Source: Octopus sinensis (Eukaryota). Taken from it: 64,000 nucleotides of DNA. The notes below the pieces were generated by a model. It had not been told where the DNA came from, did not search any database, and saw nothing but the letters and a program-made list of their open reading frames with translations. Where the stretch lies: assembly GCF_006345805.1 (NCBI RefSeq), contig NC_043000.1, forward strand, positions 119,350,001 through 119,414,000, in the 5' to 3' direction. Made by a program: the position numbers and the translations under genes. This document shows positions 36,523 through 51,500 of this stretch, piece after piece. Position 1 is the stretch's first letter. Every line of letters starts with the position of its first letter.

Positions 36523-39500
36523 CCCTCACTAATATGGAAGAAGAGAAATATAAGTTCATAGGTGCAGGAGTAGCTGTCTGTTAAGTAGCTTGCTTACCAA
36601 CCACATGGTCCCAGGTTCAATCCCAATGCATGGCACCTTGGGCAAGTGTCTTCTACTATAGCCTCGGGCCGACCAAAGCCTTGTGAGTGGATTTGGTTGA
36701 TGGAAACTGGAAGAAGCCTGTCGCATATATATATATATGTATGTATGTATGTGTATGTTTATGTGTCTGTGTTAGTACCCCAAACATCGCTTGACAACTG
36801 ATGCTTTTTGTTTACATCCCCGTAACTTAGTGGTTTGGCAAAAGAGACCGATAGAATAAGTACTAGGCTTACAAAGAATAAGCTCTGGGGTCGATTTGCT
36901 TGACTAAAGGTGGTGCTCCAGCATGTCTACAGTCAAATGACTGAAACAAGTAAACGGTAAAAGATATGGAACGCAAGAAGCACCAGTTTTAATTAATAGC
37001 TGAATTAAAAAATACAAAACAAAAAAGGAAAAAAAAACAATGCAAAAATTTAAACATTAAAGTGTTTCAAATATAACACAGCAAACAACTGCATTCAACA
37101 AACGAGAAAAGATAAGACTAATTAGAACAGTCTCATTCATTAAGCCACCATTCACAACTTAATTGCATTTTAGAAAATGTCCCACTGAATGTTTTTTTCT
37201 CCAAAAAAAGTACAATAAATGACATAATTAGTGAATATCTCACAAGGTCATATAACACTTTTTTTTTTTTCCTATACAGTACCATGTTCAGCCAAGTTAA
37301 ATACCATGAGAGGCCAGTTTGGCTTGGCTTTGTTTCTTTTTTTTTTTTTCATTACATAACCAAGGTATTGGGTTGTCCGGAAAGTTCATGCCGATTTATA
37401 GTAGCTTACCTTTTGACTTATTTTAGAAAATGGTTGAGTCCATAAAACAGGATTTGACTACACCTCTACTTAGAGCAAATTTTAACCCTTTCGTTACAGT
37501 ATTTTGAGATGATCTGTTTCTTTCAATTATTTTAAATATAAAAAAAAAATTTAGTAAAATAACTTAGTTTTCATTAAGCTAGTGTTAGGAACGTAAATTG
37601 TGACTAAGGCTTGGAAGATTTTGATGTAAAACTTATGTAAACAAGACATTTCACCACGGAGCCAGAGCTGATTTTGGCCAGGTTAGTAAAAAAAGGGTTA
37701 AGCTAGCTTTTCGTGGAAGAAGGTTTATGTTCCTATAACCTGTGTTAATTCTGTAACCCTTTAAAATGGAAGATAAGAAAGTTCATTTTCGGCACTTGAT
37801 GCTTTGGGAACTAGACAAAAATTGCTGCAGCTCGGCTGGGATGTGTTACCCCACCCTCCATATTCACCAGATATTGCTCCTTCGGATTTCCACTTATTCA
37901 GGTCTCTGCAGAATAGTCTTAATGGTAAAAATTTTAATTCCTTGGATGACGTAAAAAGATACCTTGATGAATTCTTTGCCATGAAACCTCCTCAATTCTG
38001 TGAAGAGGGTATTTTCAAGTTAAAGAAAAGATGGAGACGCATTGTGCAACAAAATGGTTCATATTTGGTCAATTAAAAACGTAATGGCAAGTATTAATGG
38101 ACCTTTTTCTTTCCTTTAAAAATCGGCACGAACTTCCCGGACAACCCAATATGTACAGTAATGTAGTGAAAATTTCTTCACCAACAAGAACTTATTTTAT
38201 TACACATCTACATACACATACACAAAAAAAAAAAAGCAGGCAAATGATTGCTGTGTATATATGTACTAGCAGTATCGCCCGGCGTTGCTCGGGTTTGTAA
38301 GGGAAATAACTATAAAGCATTTTTAGAGAGTTATAGCCAAAAAATAGCAAAAAAATGACGGTAAATTATTTTTTGAGAGTTAAAAAGGTCGAGTTGCGTC
38401 CCCTAGACAGTCTGTGGTTTGTGTTTCTGATTCTCGACCCCATGTCGAATTTATCGATTTTTTTCAGAACTGGGGGAACTTTTCAAAATTTTCGCTGCGT
38501 TAGTTTTGAATTATGACATTGGGCTATGTGTGTGTCAAGTTTCATCAGAATCGGTTGAAAGCCGTGGTCAGGGTGAGGGTACAACCTAACAGACACACAG
38601 ACACGCAGACAGACAAACTGCCATTTATATAGAGAGAGATGTATCATCAATGTCATTTAACATCCTCTTTCCATGCTGGCATGGGCTGGGCTGGACAGTT
38701 CAACAGGAGCTGGTTAGGTAGAAGACTGCACCAGGCTTCAATGTGTGTTTTGGCATAGTTTTCTACAGATGGATGCCCTTGCTAACACCAACAACCCTGC
38801 AGAGTGGACCGAGTGCTTTTTACATGGCACAAGCCTCTGGTGAGAACCCAATAAGGTTTAAAAATCGATTAAGGTTGTTCATCATTGGCTTACAAAGAAC
38901 AAGTCCTGGGGCCGATTTGTTCAACTAAAGGTGGTGCTCCAGCATGGTCGCAGTCAGATGACTGAAACAAGTAAAAGAATAAAAGAATGTGAGTGCATGC
39001 ATGTGTGTGTGTATTCTTTTGTTTCAGTCAGTTGACTGTGGCACCACCTTTAGTCAAACAAACCGACCCCAGGACTTATTCTTTGTAAACCTAGTACTTA
39101 TTCTATCAGTCTCATTATTAAACTAATAAAGTACAAGTTTTGGAAATACTGTAAAATAAAAAAAACTTTATTGTTCATTGAGAAGAAACAATTTATTTTA
39201 GATACAATAGAAACATTTTTAAAAATATATTAATGATCATTAATTAACACAAATTAGCACAAATCTCTTGATTATTTAACAATACCTTCCTTTATTTTTT
39301 TTTTTTTTCTGGGGGCCTGGTTGCTTGAAAGTTGACTATTTGAGTACCAGATAAGAGGGAGTTTTGAAAACAATAGTGCCATTGGTTAAGAATTGCCCAC
39401 AGGTCAAGAAGTGATTCATTACATTTAAGTAGGCAACAGTGACCATGGATGTGTTCCTCTCTGCTTTTTTTGTTTTTATTCCAACTTACACTAATCACCA

Positions 39501-41056
39501 CACCACACCCAGTCCTTCTTCCCCTGGCCAATCCTCTAGATTTCTCCCTCTGCAGGTGTCGGAATGAGGCAACTGGGTGCAGCAGTTTGGGTGCTGACAG
39601 CGATTTGGCATGGCTGACTGGACATTCGGCTCATTTTGGTGACTACTTTTCGGTAAAGGCCTGTGTAGTGACTGTGGGTTCGATTCCCAGGCCAAGTAGC
39701 ACATTGTGTTTTTGGACAAAACACCTCATTTCATATTGCTCCAGGCCACTCAGCTGTAAATGGATCACCTTGAGATAGATTAGCCTTCTGAGCAGAAAGG
39801 GGGGGGGGGGCATTGGCCTGCTTGTCTAGTCAGCAGGGTGGCACCATGCAAATGCTAAAACAATGCAAAGTGAACTGTGACCAGCAGTGTATAACATTGT
39901 TCAAATTCGCCAGATCTAGCTTCTCACACCCACTCTACAATGTCATTCTAAAAATACACGATCACATCATCAAAATCTGGCTGGTCATGTGATCACTTTT
40001 TTAGCACAAACAGACACACACACACACATGCATAGAAAAATATAGACACACACACACACATGCATAGAAAAATATATACACACACACACACACATTCAAG
40101 TGCACAGATATATACACATACAAAGAGACAGACAGAGATATCACAATTTATTAATTGAATATGATTGACAAACACTTGTCCTCTCCTCATACAGAGAAAT
40201 ATGCTCTCACATAGAAAGAGAGTGGGGGGAGGGAGAGGACAGAAAGAACAAGAGAGGGAGTGAGAGAAAGTGTAAAAGGTCTGATATCAAGTATCAAGTC
40301 AGCTTTGAAGAATTTTAGACCAAATGGGTAGCACCAAAATAGAGGTGCTACAGCACACCACACCCTGCGGGTTTTGACTCATGAAAGCTCACAAGGAGCA
40401 TCAATGGCATTGAGTAATATGGTAATGATAAGGGCTGTAAATGCCATAGGCGCTGCTTGCTTCCTCCAGGTCCAGTTTAAAGGAAAAGTAAATAATTTAC
40501 ATATTTGTTGGCTGTGTGGTAAGAAGCCTGATTCCCAACCACATGGTTCCAGGTTCAGTCCCACTGCATATGTAGTACCATGAGTAAGTACCTTCTACTA
40601 TAATAAATAGCCTAGGGCTGACCAAAGCCTTGTGAGTGGATTTGGTAGACAGAAACGAGCCCATCATACTATTTTACTTGTTTCAGTCATTTGACTGTGG
40701 CCATGCGGGAGCACCACCTTTAGTCGAGCAAATCGACCCAGGGACTTATTCTTTGTAAGCCTAGTACTTATTCTATTGGTCACTTTTGCCGAACAGCTAA
40801 GTTACGAGGACGTAAACACACCAGCATTGGTTGTCAAGCAATGTTGGAGGGACACACACACATATATATATACATATATACGACGGGCTTCTTTCAGTTT
40901 CCGTCTAGTAAATCCACTCACAAGGCTTTGGCCGGCCTGAGGATATAGTAGAAGACACTTGCCCAAGGTGCCACGTGGTGGGTCTGAACCCAGAACCATG
41001 TGGTTGGTAAGCAAGCTACTTACCACACAGCCACTCCTGCGCCTATAAATAAATAA

Positions 41057-41093
<37 letters not shown>

Positions 41094-41907
41094 CATGTGT
41101 ATATTTGTGTGTCTGTGTTTGTACCCCATACACACAATCGTTTGACAGCCAATGTTAGTGTGCTTACAACCCCCATAACTTAGCAGTTTGGCAAAAAGAG
41201 ACCGATAGAATAAGTACTAGGCTTACAAAGAATAAGTCCTGGGGTTGATTTGTTCAACTAAAGGCGGTGCTCCAGTATGGCTGCAGTCAAACAAAAAGAA
41301 TGTATACAATGATACTTCCACCCCCACATCCTCTCTTAATGAACAAACAAATCCAGATAAACATCTCCCAGTTGTACAAACAAGAATGGCAAACACAAAA
41401 ACGATTATCAATTACTGACCTAAAAAAAGGAAACATTAAGCTGTGACCTACAGACACACATGACTAAGGAAAAATTGCTGGTCATTTTCACATGTTTGAA
41501 ACCAATACAACATGCTACCAAGTACAACTTGGTAGCATGACCCCCATGGTTTTGCTCATTGTTTGACCCTCTAGCATTCATATTTTTCTGTCAAATCTAA
41601 TGCTTATGTATTACCTGCACCTATTTATATGCGGAGTGGCTATGTGGTAAGTAGCTTGCTTACCAACCACATGGTTTTGGGTTCAGTCCAACTGTGTGAC
41701 ACCTTGGGCAGGTGTCTTCTACTATAGCCTCGGGCCGACCAAAGCCTTGACTGCAGCCATGCTGGAGCACCGCCTTTAGTCGAGCAAATCGACTCCAGGA
41801 CTTATTCTTTGTAAGCCTAGTACTTATTTTATTGGTCTCTCTCGTTGAACTGCTAATTGACGGGGATGTAAACACACCAAAATCGATTGTCATAAACATA
41901 CATACAT

Positions 41908-41943
<36 letters not shown>

Positions 41944-41975
41944 GTGTGTATATATATAACTGAAAGAAAACCGTC

Positions 41976-42038
<63 letters not shown>

Positions 42039-45000
42039 GACGGTCTTCTTTCAGTTTCCGTCTACCAAATCCACTCACAAGGCTTTGGTTGGCCCGAGGC
42101 TATAGTAGGACACTTGCCCAAGGTGCTATGCAGTGGGACTGAACCCAGAACCATTTGGTTGGTAAGTAAGCTACTTACCACACAGCCACTCCTGCGCCTA
42201 ATACTTCATGATATTAATTTATGAATGAACTGGAGTATCAGTCTATTATTGTTTCATGCCTCTCTTCCTCCAGGTGTCACAAGTATGATATTCTGTTGGA
42301 TTAAAGGTGACAGGTCTTAATGCTTGCTAGAAACTACAGAGACATCATAAACCTTAAGCATTTAAACCAGTCATATCCAACCAAGTTGTGGAGGCGCAAT
42401 GGCTCAGTGGTAGGGCAGCAGACTCGCGGTCGTAGGATCGCAGTTTTGATTCACAGACCAGGCATTATGAGTGTTTACTGAGCGAAAACACCTAAAGCAC
42501 CACGAGACTCTGGCAGTGGCGTGGTGGTGAACCCTGCTGTACTCTTTCACCACAACTTTCTCTCACTCTTTCTTCCTGTTTCTGTTGTACCTGTATTTCA
42601 AAGGGACAGCCTTGTCACACTGTCACGCTGATTCTCCCCAAGAACTACATAAAGGGTACGTGTCTGAGGAGTGCTCAGCCACTTGCACGTTAATAAATGA
42701 GCTGCGACGTCACAGGTGCCAAGCTGTATCGGCCTTTGCCTTTCCCTTGGATAACACTGGTGGCGTGGAGAGGGGAGGCAGGTAGGCATGGGTGACTGCT
42801 GGTCTTCCATAAACAACCTTGCCCTGACTTGTACCTCGGAGGTTAACTTTCTAGGTGCAATCCCATGGTCATTCATGACCGAAGGGGGTCACAATAATCC
42901 AACCCAGTTATTCAACCTCTTTTATGTTCAAACTAACCAGATACAGCTTCTCACACCTACCCTACAATCATCATCATCGTTTAACGTCCGCTTTTCATGC
43001 TAGCATGGGTTGGACGAATGACTGAGGACTGGTGAACCAGATGGCTGCACCAGGCTCCAATCTTGATCTGGCAGAGTTTCTACAGCTGGATGCCCTTCCT
43101 AACACCAACAACTCTGAGAGTGTAGTGGGTGCTTTTATGTGCCGCCGGCACAGGGCCAGTCAGGCAGTACTGGCAACGACCTCGCTCGAATCTTTTACAC
43201 GTGCCAGTAAAGCGATGCTGGTAATGATCATGCTCGAATGGTGCCTTTTACGTGCCACCGGCACGGAGGCCAGATAGCCGTTCTGGCAACAATCACACTC
43301 AGATGGTGCTCTTAATACCCTTCTAGCACGGGGCTCGAGTGCCAGTAAGGCGACGCTAATTAAACAATCGCATCACTGAAATCTCTAAGCTACAAGATAA
43401 TATTGGATTAATTCAAAAATTTGTGGATAAATAAGTATGACATTTGATGGAGTAATCTGAATGCTTAAGGGTTAAACTCAGATTTCCCAAGAAATTGTCT
43501 GAGCAAATGAGATTTTCATTTTCAGACTAGGTTGAACCAAGTCGTCTGTGTGATTAACCAAAGTAATTACTCAATGGTAATGAAACTAAACCGTCCAGTA
43601 GCTATAGGGGACAGTAAGATAGTACAATGTGATTGATGTAATGTGTATGTCATTAGTAGATAAGTGGTTTTATTAAGAATGAAGACGGGAAGGGGGAGGA
43701 GTACTCAGTAAGAAAACTACTCCATTGGTTGCTATGAGTAAGCTTATGACCGACCGTCTTACCATAGCCAGCAGAGAGAAACCAAAGCATAATTTGGATT
43801 GTTCATTTACAAGTACCTACACATCATATTTATGTGGCCCACACTTAAAGTTCAATGAGAATCAGGTAAATAATAAAAAGGAATATCAAATTAAAAACAG
43901 ACTTCTAAGTTATTGCATTACTACTAATCACTGGCATATGAGTAGATGTTAAAATCTTTAGTATTTAAACTGGCCATATCCAGTCAGGCAAGAAGACACA
44001 AAGTGATCTGGAGCTAAGCAAAGTTCAGAACACTCCCTATGGCAATGACTATTGAACTGACTAAGACGGGCAACATCATGTCAATGTGACCAGGGTTGCA
44101 GAGTCAAAGCAGAAAATTTGCAACAAACATGTGAATTTCTAGGAGAGGGAAATGTACTACAAGTGTAGAAAGATAAGAGTTGAGCAGTGGTGACAGCATC
44201 AGTGAAAATACATCAAAACAGCAGCTGTGCTGATATGGATGTGCGATACAAGTGGATGAGACCTGCTAAGGGACAAAGCATTTATTGAGTACAAGGAATA
44301 AGAAAACTATTCCATAGACTGCACTGAGTAAGCTTATGATTGCTTTACTGAGAGAAACCAAAACACAATTCTGGTTATTCATTTACAAGTACCAACATTC
44401 CATATTCATTTGGCTCAAGCTGAGAGTAAAAATTCCAACTCATGATCACTTGTTTAGAACAAGTCCTTCTATCAAGGAAGAGTTCTAAAGACACTGATGT
44501 TGACCAGAAGCAATCATCACTTTTTATCCGTTCACAGGCCTTAGTCAGCCTGAGGCTATAGTAGAAGACACTTGCCCAAGGTGCCACACAGTGGGACTGA
44601 ACCCAGAACCATGTGGTCGGGAAGCAAGCCTCTTACCACACAACCACAATGGGCTTCTTTCAGTTTCCATCCACCAAATCCACTGACAAGGCTTTGGTCA
44701 GCTTGGCACAATAAAAGATCACACTTGCTCAAAGTACCACAACAGTGGAACTGAACTTAAGACCACATGGCTGGGAAGCAACCTTCTCAAAACCACACAG
44801 CCACACCTTATCAATGTGTATAATTTTCTCCCCTTACTTCAACCCCACCTCAAGAAATACACCCTCCTCCATACCTGAAAAGTGAGCTTTTCCCTGCTAA
44901 CATTAAGACCTGTTTCTCTCATTATATCCCCTCACTCCTCACACTACTACACCTGCTTTGTGTAAATGTCTTCATTTGCATAAGAGCATTCCTTTAGGTT

Positions 45001-45819
45001 ATGTTTATACATACATTTGTTTATGTATATATATAGATGTTTGTACACAGATTTGTTTATACTCAAAGGTGTGTAGTCTATGCTTATACTAAGCCATAAG
45101 TGGGTACACCCTCTACTAATATCAATTTAAAACTCACCTCAATTTCATTTGTAAATATAATATACAGGGTGGCCCAAAAGTAGGTTTACAGTTATTCAAC
45201 GATCTCTTTCGCATTCTTACATTAACAGTTCAGATCTTAATTATAAAAAAAATATGAAACCATTATTCTATGCTGATTTATTTAATTTTGTCAAGCTTCC
45301 TTTTCAGTTTGTAAGATAGCAATTTAAATGTAATAAAATGTTTTAAAAGAAATTTAAAGTGCTTACGTGATAACTAAACCTACTTTTGGGCCAACCTGGG
45401 TTTTGTGTGTGTGTATATATATCATCAACATCGTTTAACATCCGTTTTCCATGCTAGCATGGGTTGGACGGTTTGACCGGGGTCTGGGAAGCCAAGAGGC
45501 TGCACCAGGCTCCAGTCTGATCTGGCAGTGTTTCTATAGCTGGATGCCCTTCCTAACGCCAACAGCTCCATGAGTGTAGTGGGTGCTTTTTACATGCCAC
45601 AGGCACAGAAGTCAGAGGGGGCTGGCAAATGGCCACGATCTGTTGGTGCTTTTTACGTGTCACCAACAAGTACACCAGTCAGGCAATGCTGGCATCAGCT
45701 AGATTCAGATGGTGCTTTTTACATGCCACCGACACAGGTATCTTAACAACGTTATCCATTTGATTTTTTATTTTGATGTTGGTGTTGACATACTTGACTC
45801 AATATATATAATATATATC

Positions 45820-45852
<33 letters not shown>

Positions 45853-48536
45853 AACAAAGCTGTATGAGAAAGTGCCACTCCCTAACTGTAGAAGGGAACT
45901 TGTGGAAGAGGTAGACCTAGGAAGACATTGGAGGAGGTGGTGAAGCATGACCTTTGAACACTGGGTCTCATAGAAGCAATGACAGGAGACCAGGACCTTT
46001 GGAGATATGCTGTGATTGAGAAGACTCGGCAACTAAAGTGAGATCGCAGCCATGCATGTCCGGTCCTGTTAAGAGTACCCCTGATGCGTCGGGGGATATG
46101 ATATGCTTGAAAAGACCTACTGAGTCAAGTAAAACCAATATCATACCATCTGAATGTGGTCGATGCTAGGTCCACCTGACTGGCTCCCGTGCCGGTCACA
46201 CATAAAAAGCACTATCCCAAAGTGAATGATGAGCAGGCCCACCTGACTGGTTCCTATGCCGGTGGCACAAAAAGCACCCACTACACTCTTGGAGTGGTTG
46301 GCATTGGGAAAGGCATCCAGCTGTAGAAACCTTGCCAGATCAGATTGGTGCCTGGTGCAGCCACTGGCTCTCCAGACCTCAGTCAAACTGTTCAACCCAT
46401 GCCAGCATAGAAAACAGACAATTGAACGCTCTTTAAAAAAATATGAAACCATTATTCTATGCTAATTTAGTTAATTTTGTCAAGCTCCCTTTTCAGTTTG
46501 TAAGACAGAAATTTAAATGTAATAAAATGTTTTAAAAGAAATTTAAAGGGCCTATGTGATAACTGTAAACCAATTTTTGGGTCAACCTGTATATATACAC
46601 CTGTGTGTGCTACTGTTACTATAAATAAACAGAGATGCTAATTAACTTCCCTGTCCTACCACATTTTTCATGCCTCGTCATTCATTCTACCCTATATTTT
46701 ACTTGTTTCAAATCATTGGAATGTGGCCAAACTGGGGCTGTGATTTGAAGGGTTTTTCGCCAAACAGATCGACTCCACTACATTTTTTTTAGTCTTGTGC
46801 TTATTCTCTCAATGTCTTGCTGAACCTCGAAGTCACAGGGACAAACACATACATACATACATACACACACGCATATTTCTTTTATTCTTTAAATTGTTTC
46901 AATCATTTGGCTGTGGCCATGCTAGAGCACCATGGCTGTGTGGTAAGAAGCTTACTTCCCAACCACATGGTTCCAGGTTCAGGCCCACTGCATACACCTT
47001 GGACAAGTGTCTTCTACTATAGCCTCACGCCGACCAAAGCCTTGTGAGTGGATTTGGTAGATGGAAACTGAAAGAAGTCTGTCGTGTGTGTGTGTCTTTG
47101 TCTCCTTCACCACTGCTTGACAATCGATGCTGGTGTGTTTATGTCCCCATAACTTAGAAGTTCGGCAAAAGAGACCAATAAAATAATAGGCTTACAAAAA
47201 ATAAGTCCTGGGGTTGATTTCTATGACTAAAAACCCTTTAAAGGAGTGCTCCCTCTCACACTTTCCCATCTTGTTTCCATCCCTGCACCAGACAGGTTCA
47301 CCCCCATGCCACTCTCGAACTTCCTTGTCTGAAGAGGAAGACTGTATTACTTTTTCATTTTTATAGGCGCAGGAGTGGCTGTGTGGTAAGTAGCTTGCTT
47401 ACTAACCACATGGCTCCGGGTTCAGTCCCACTGTGGTACTCCTTGGGCAAGTGTCTTCTACTATAGCCTAGGGCCGACCAAAGCCTTGTGAGTGGATTTG
47501 GTAGACGGAAACTGAAAGAAGCCCATCGTGTATATAATATATGTGTGTGTGTCTGTGTGCATGTGTATGTTTGTGTGTCTGTGTTTGTCCCCACAACATT
47601 GCTTGACAACCAATGCTGGTGTTTTTATGTCCCTGTAACTTAGTGGTTCAGCAAAAGAGACCAATAGAATAAGTACTAGGCTTACAAAGAATAAGTCCTG
47701 GGGTCGATTTGCTCAACTAAAGGCGGTGCTCCAGCATGGCCACAGTCACGAAACAATTAAAAGAGTAAGAATATAGAAACAGATTTTTATTTTAAGATTT
47801 CAAAAAAAAAAGGTTTTTTTAATTAAAAAAAAAAGAGTATTGTCTCCAAAAAATCCTAATGATAGCAAAGGAGAATGGGCACCAGCCAGCCCAAAGGTTG
47901 GGGTGGGCTGCACCTGCCTACCTCGGTTTCTATGGCATTGAGGTAGATCTGGCCACCCCCATTAATGGGGACAAAACCCGGATTTAAAACACTTGATGAT
48001 GATGATGGAAAATAAGATGTCCCACTTTTACTCTGAATAATCATAAGAAACCAGGTCAAGTTTCAAGTATTAAAAAAAGATAATAAAAAAGAAAAGGAAA
48101 AGAAAACAATAATCCAATGATAAGATTTGATCACATGATTACTGTGTACCAACTCCATTTGAAAAACTTCACACAGGTGAGAACAGGCTCAGAGATGGCT
48201 GTGTGGTTAAGAAGCTCATTTTGCAACCATGTGGTTTCAGGTTCAATCCCAGAGCTCAGTACTTAGGACACTTGTCTTCTACTATAGCCACGGGTTAACC
48301 AATGCCTTATGAATGAATTTGGTAGACAAAATTACATAGAAGCAACCTGTGTGTGTGTACATCTGGATCTTTCCACCACCCAACCCCACTGCACCCCAAG
48401 GGGGAGGGGCAGTGCTGCCCACTTTGGGAACCACTGGTCTACACCACTGCTTGACAAATAGTGTTGGTTTGTTTACATTCCCATGACTTAGCAGTTTGAA
48501 AAAAGAGACAAATACAATAAGTACCCGACTTAAAAC

Positions 48537-48592
<56 letters not shown>

Positions 48593-51500
48593 GACGGGCT
48601 TCTTTCACTTTCCGTCTACCAAATCCACTCACAAGGCTTTGGTCGGCCCGAGGTTATAGTAAAAGACACTTGCCTAAGATGCCACGCAGTGGGACTGAAC
48701 GTGGAACCATGTGGTTGGTAAGCGAGCTACTTACCACACAGCCACTCCTGCACCTATAAAAAGTACTTACAGTTTTATTCTCTTTTACAACGAAAACACA
48801 AATAAACGAATTAAGATAATTTGCACTCAGAACTAGACTCTGCCTCATAACAGAAACTAAACCATTTTGTAACCGAGATACTAGTTTCTTGGCACAGTAA
48901 AAATCATGACTGAAACCTATAATTGCTAGGTTAGATAATTTAACTAAATAATGTGCAACATTCTATCTACTACTACAACTACTATTACTACCACCAAGTT
49001 TTGACTACCTGGTCAGGTAGAAAATAAAATGCCAGCCATAGGTTTGCAATAAAACTGTATATTAGAAAACAGCCAATTTACTTTCTCTCATAACACACAA
49101 CTGAACAAAATGTATTTTTACTGAGTAATAAGAAAGACACAGAGTACAAATATAATTGCCTGTAAAATTATTCCGCTGGAGTCGACTTTGCCTTTCATCC
49201 TTTTGAGGTCGATAAATTAAGTACCAGTTGCATACTGGGGTCGATTTAATCGACTGGCCCTCTCCCCGAAAATTTCGAGCATTTTGCCTGGAGTAGAAAA
49301 GATTATTGCCTGCAAAATTATCCCACCAAAGTCAACTTTGCTTTTCATCCTTTCGGGGTTGATAAATTAAGTACCAGTTGCGTACTGGGGTCGATTTAAT
49401 CGACTGGCCCTCTCCCCGAAAATTTCGAGCATTGTGCCTAGAGTAGAAAAGATTACTGCCTGCAAAATTATCCCACCGAAGTCGACTTTGCTTTTCATCC
49501 TTTCGGGTTTGATAAATTAAGTACCAGTTGCATACTGGAGTCGATTTAATCGATTGGCCTTCTTCCTGAAAATTTCGAGTCTTGTGCATAGAGTAGAAAA
49601 GATTACTGCCTGAAAAATTACAGGAATTTATGCCTATGGGTTGATTATTGAGCCCTTGAAAATATGAAACTAAACCCTTTTGTTATTGTGTTTCTGTTCA
49701 AATATAGTGCTTTTGTTTCAGATAATATTGAAAAGAAGGAAAAAATTTAGTAAAATAATTATGCCAAGCTGGGAGAATCGTTTGTACACCAGGTAAAATG
49801 CTTAGTGGCATTTTGTCAGTTTTTTTCTTTTTTTTTTTTTTTTTTACAGGTACAGGTGTGGTAAGAAGCTTGATTCTCAATCACATGGTTCTGGGTTCAG
49901 TCCTAATGTGTGGCACCTTGAGCAAGTGTCTTCTGCTATAGCCTCAGGCTGAGCAAAGCCTCGTGAGTGGATTTCATAGACAGAAACTGAAAGAAGCCCA
50001 TTGTATATATGTATCTGCGTATGTGTGTGTCCCACACCACTGCTTGACAACCGGTGCTGGTGTGTTTACATCCCCGTAACTTAGTGGTTCAGCAAACAAG
50101 ACCAACAGAATAAGTACCAGGGTAGACACATTTGACTAGAAGTTCTTCAAAGCGGTGCCCAAGTATGGCCATAGCCTAATGACTGAAACAAGTAAAAAAT
50201 AAAAGATATTATTAACGAGATTTTTGGAACGTAAGTAAACCCCTTAGCATTCAAACTGACCATATCTGGCCCAAATATTGTTTTATGTTCAAACCAGCCA
50301 GATGCAACCTCTCACACCTACCCTACAATGTCATTCTAAAAATAAACAATTATATCATCAATCTGCCAAAGCTATGGGACAATGCTTGAGCAATTCAAAA
50401 CTATGTGCGTCAATAAACATTCAATTCAACAGAGTTATCTAAATGCTAAAAGGTTAAGATGAAATTCTAATGAAAGGTTTTTTTATTTAGATCTTTAAAA
50501 GCAAAAAAAATGTGCCATAGAACCAAATTCAGGTTGGTATAAAAATAAAAATTTCATTCAGTTTTATATCCTTACAGCAGATTAAGACAAGAGAATCTTC
50601 ATATAGCAAACCTTTACTCATTTCCCAAGTTAAGCATGTTCTCTTTCCCCTGACCCTCACCTACTAAAAGCTAAAATCACAAAACACACACACATGTATA
50701 CATTATAAGTTTCAACTACCGGAACGAGGCTCATCAGAAATGCAATAACCATCATTTTTAAACACTTGAAACAACAGCTAGTATTTGTGAACTTCCAATA
50801 CATCAGGATTATATTTCTCTCATGTGTGCAGCTAGAATACTACTCCTGAATTTGATACAGTAAAGAATGGCAAATATGTTTCAAACTTTTCCATGAGATT
50901 AAACTTTACCATACACTATAAACAGCACTACGAATTAGAAGAGATGATAAACTAGACCAAAATGTTTTCCAGTTGGACCTATTTATAAATGTACATATAT
51001 ATATATACACATAAATTCATCATTCTTCATCTGAAAGTTTCCACCATTTGCCTTCTCTCGTTTTGTATGTATACATATTTTGTATTTGATGTATATAATA
51101 TACTTTATATATTTGAAGGTGGAGGCACGTGGTGATCCCAAAACGAAGGTACACATGCATATGTGAGAGTGTGTATGTGCATAAGGGTTGGTGACCTTGA
51201 TGTGTGCGTGTGCATGTGTGTGGATGATGCTGTGGGTGCTGGGAAGCGGTCAGTCCAAGTGTGTACGGGGTGGTGTGATGTGGTGTGGTATGGTGGTGTG
51301 TGGTGTCATATGGTGGTGTTGGGGAGGCAAGGGCGAACAGACAAAGTGCAGAAGGTATTTTTTTTGTGTGTGTGAGGGACTGAGAGAGACAAAGAGACAG
51401 AGAAAGTGAGAGAGAGACAGTGAGTGTATGCCAACATTGCTTTTCATCCTTGTTACACAATGGACCCATACAAGACAGTAGGTTGATGGAACTGTTACAG

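Noticed and set aside
43700-44420. Diverged direct repeat of about 110 bp (near 43715 and 44305)
   Set aside because: Too degenerate to delimit; probably two fragments of an old repeat
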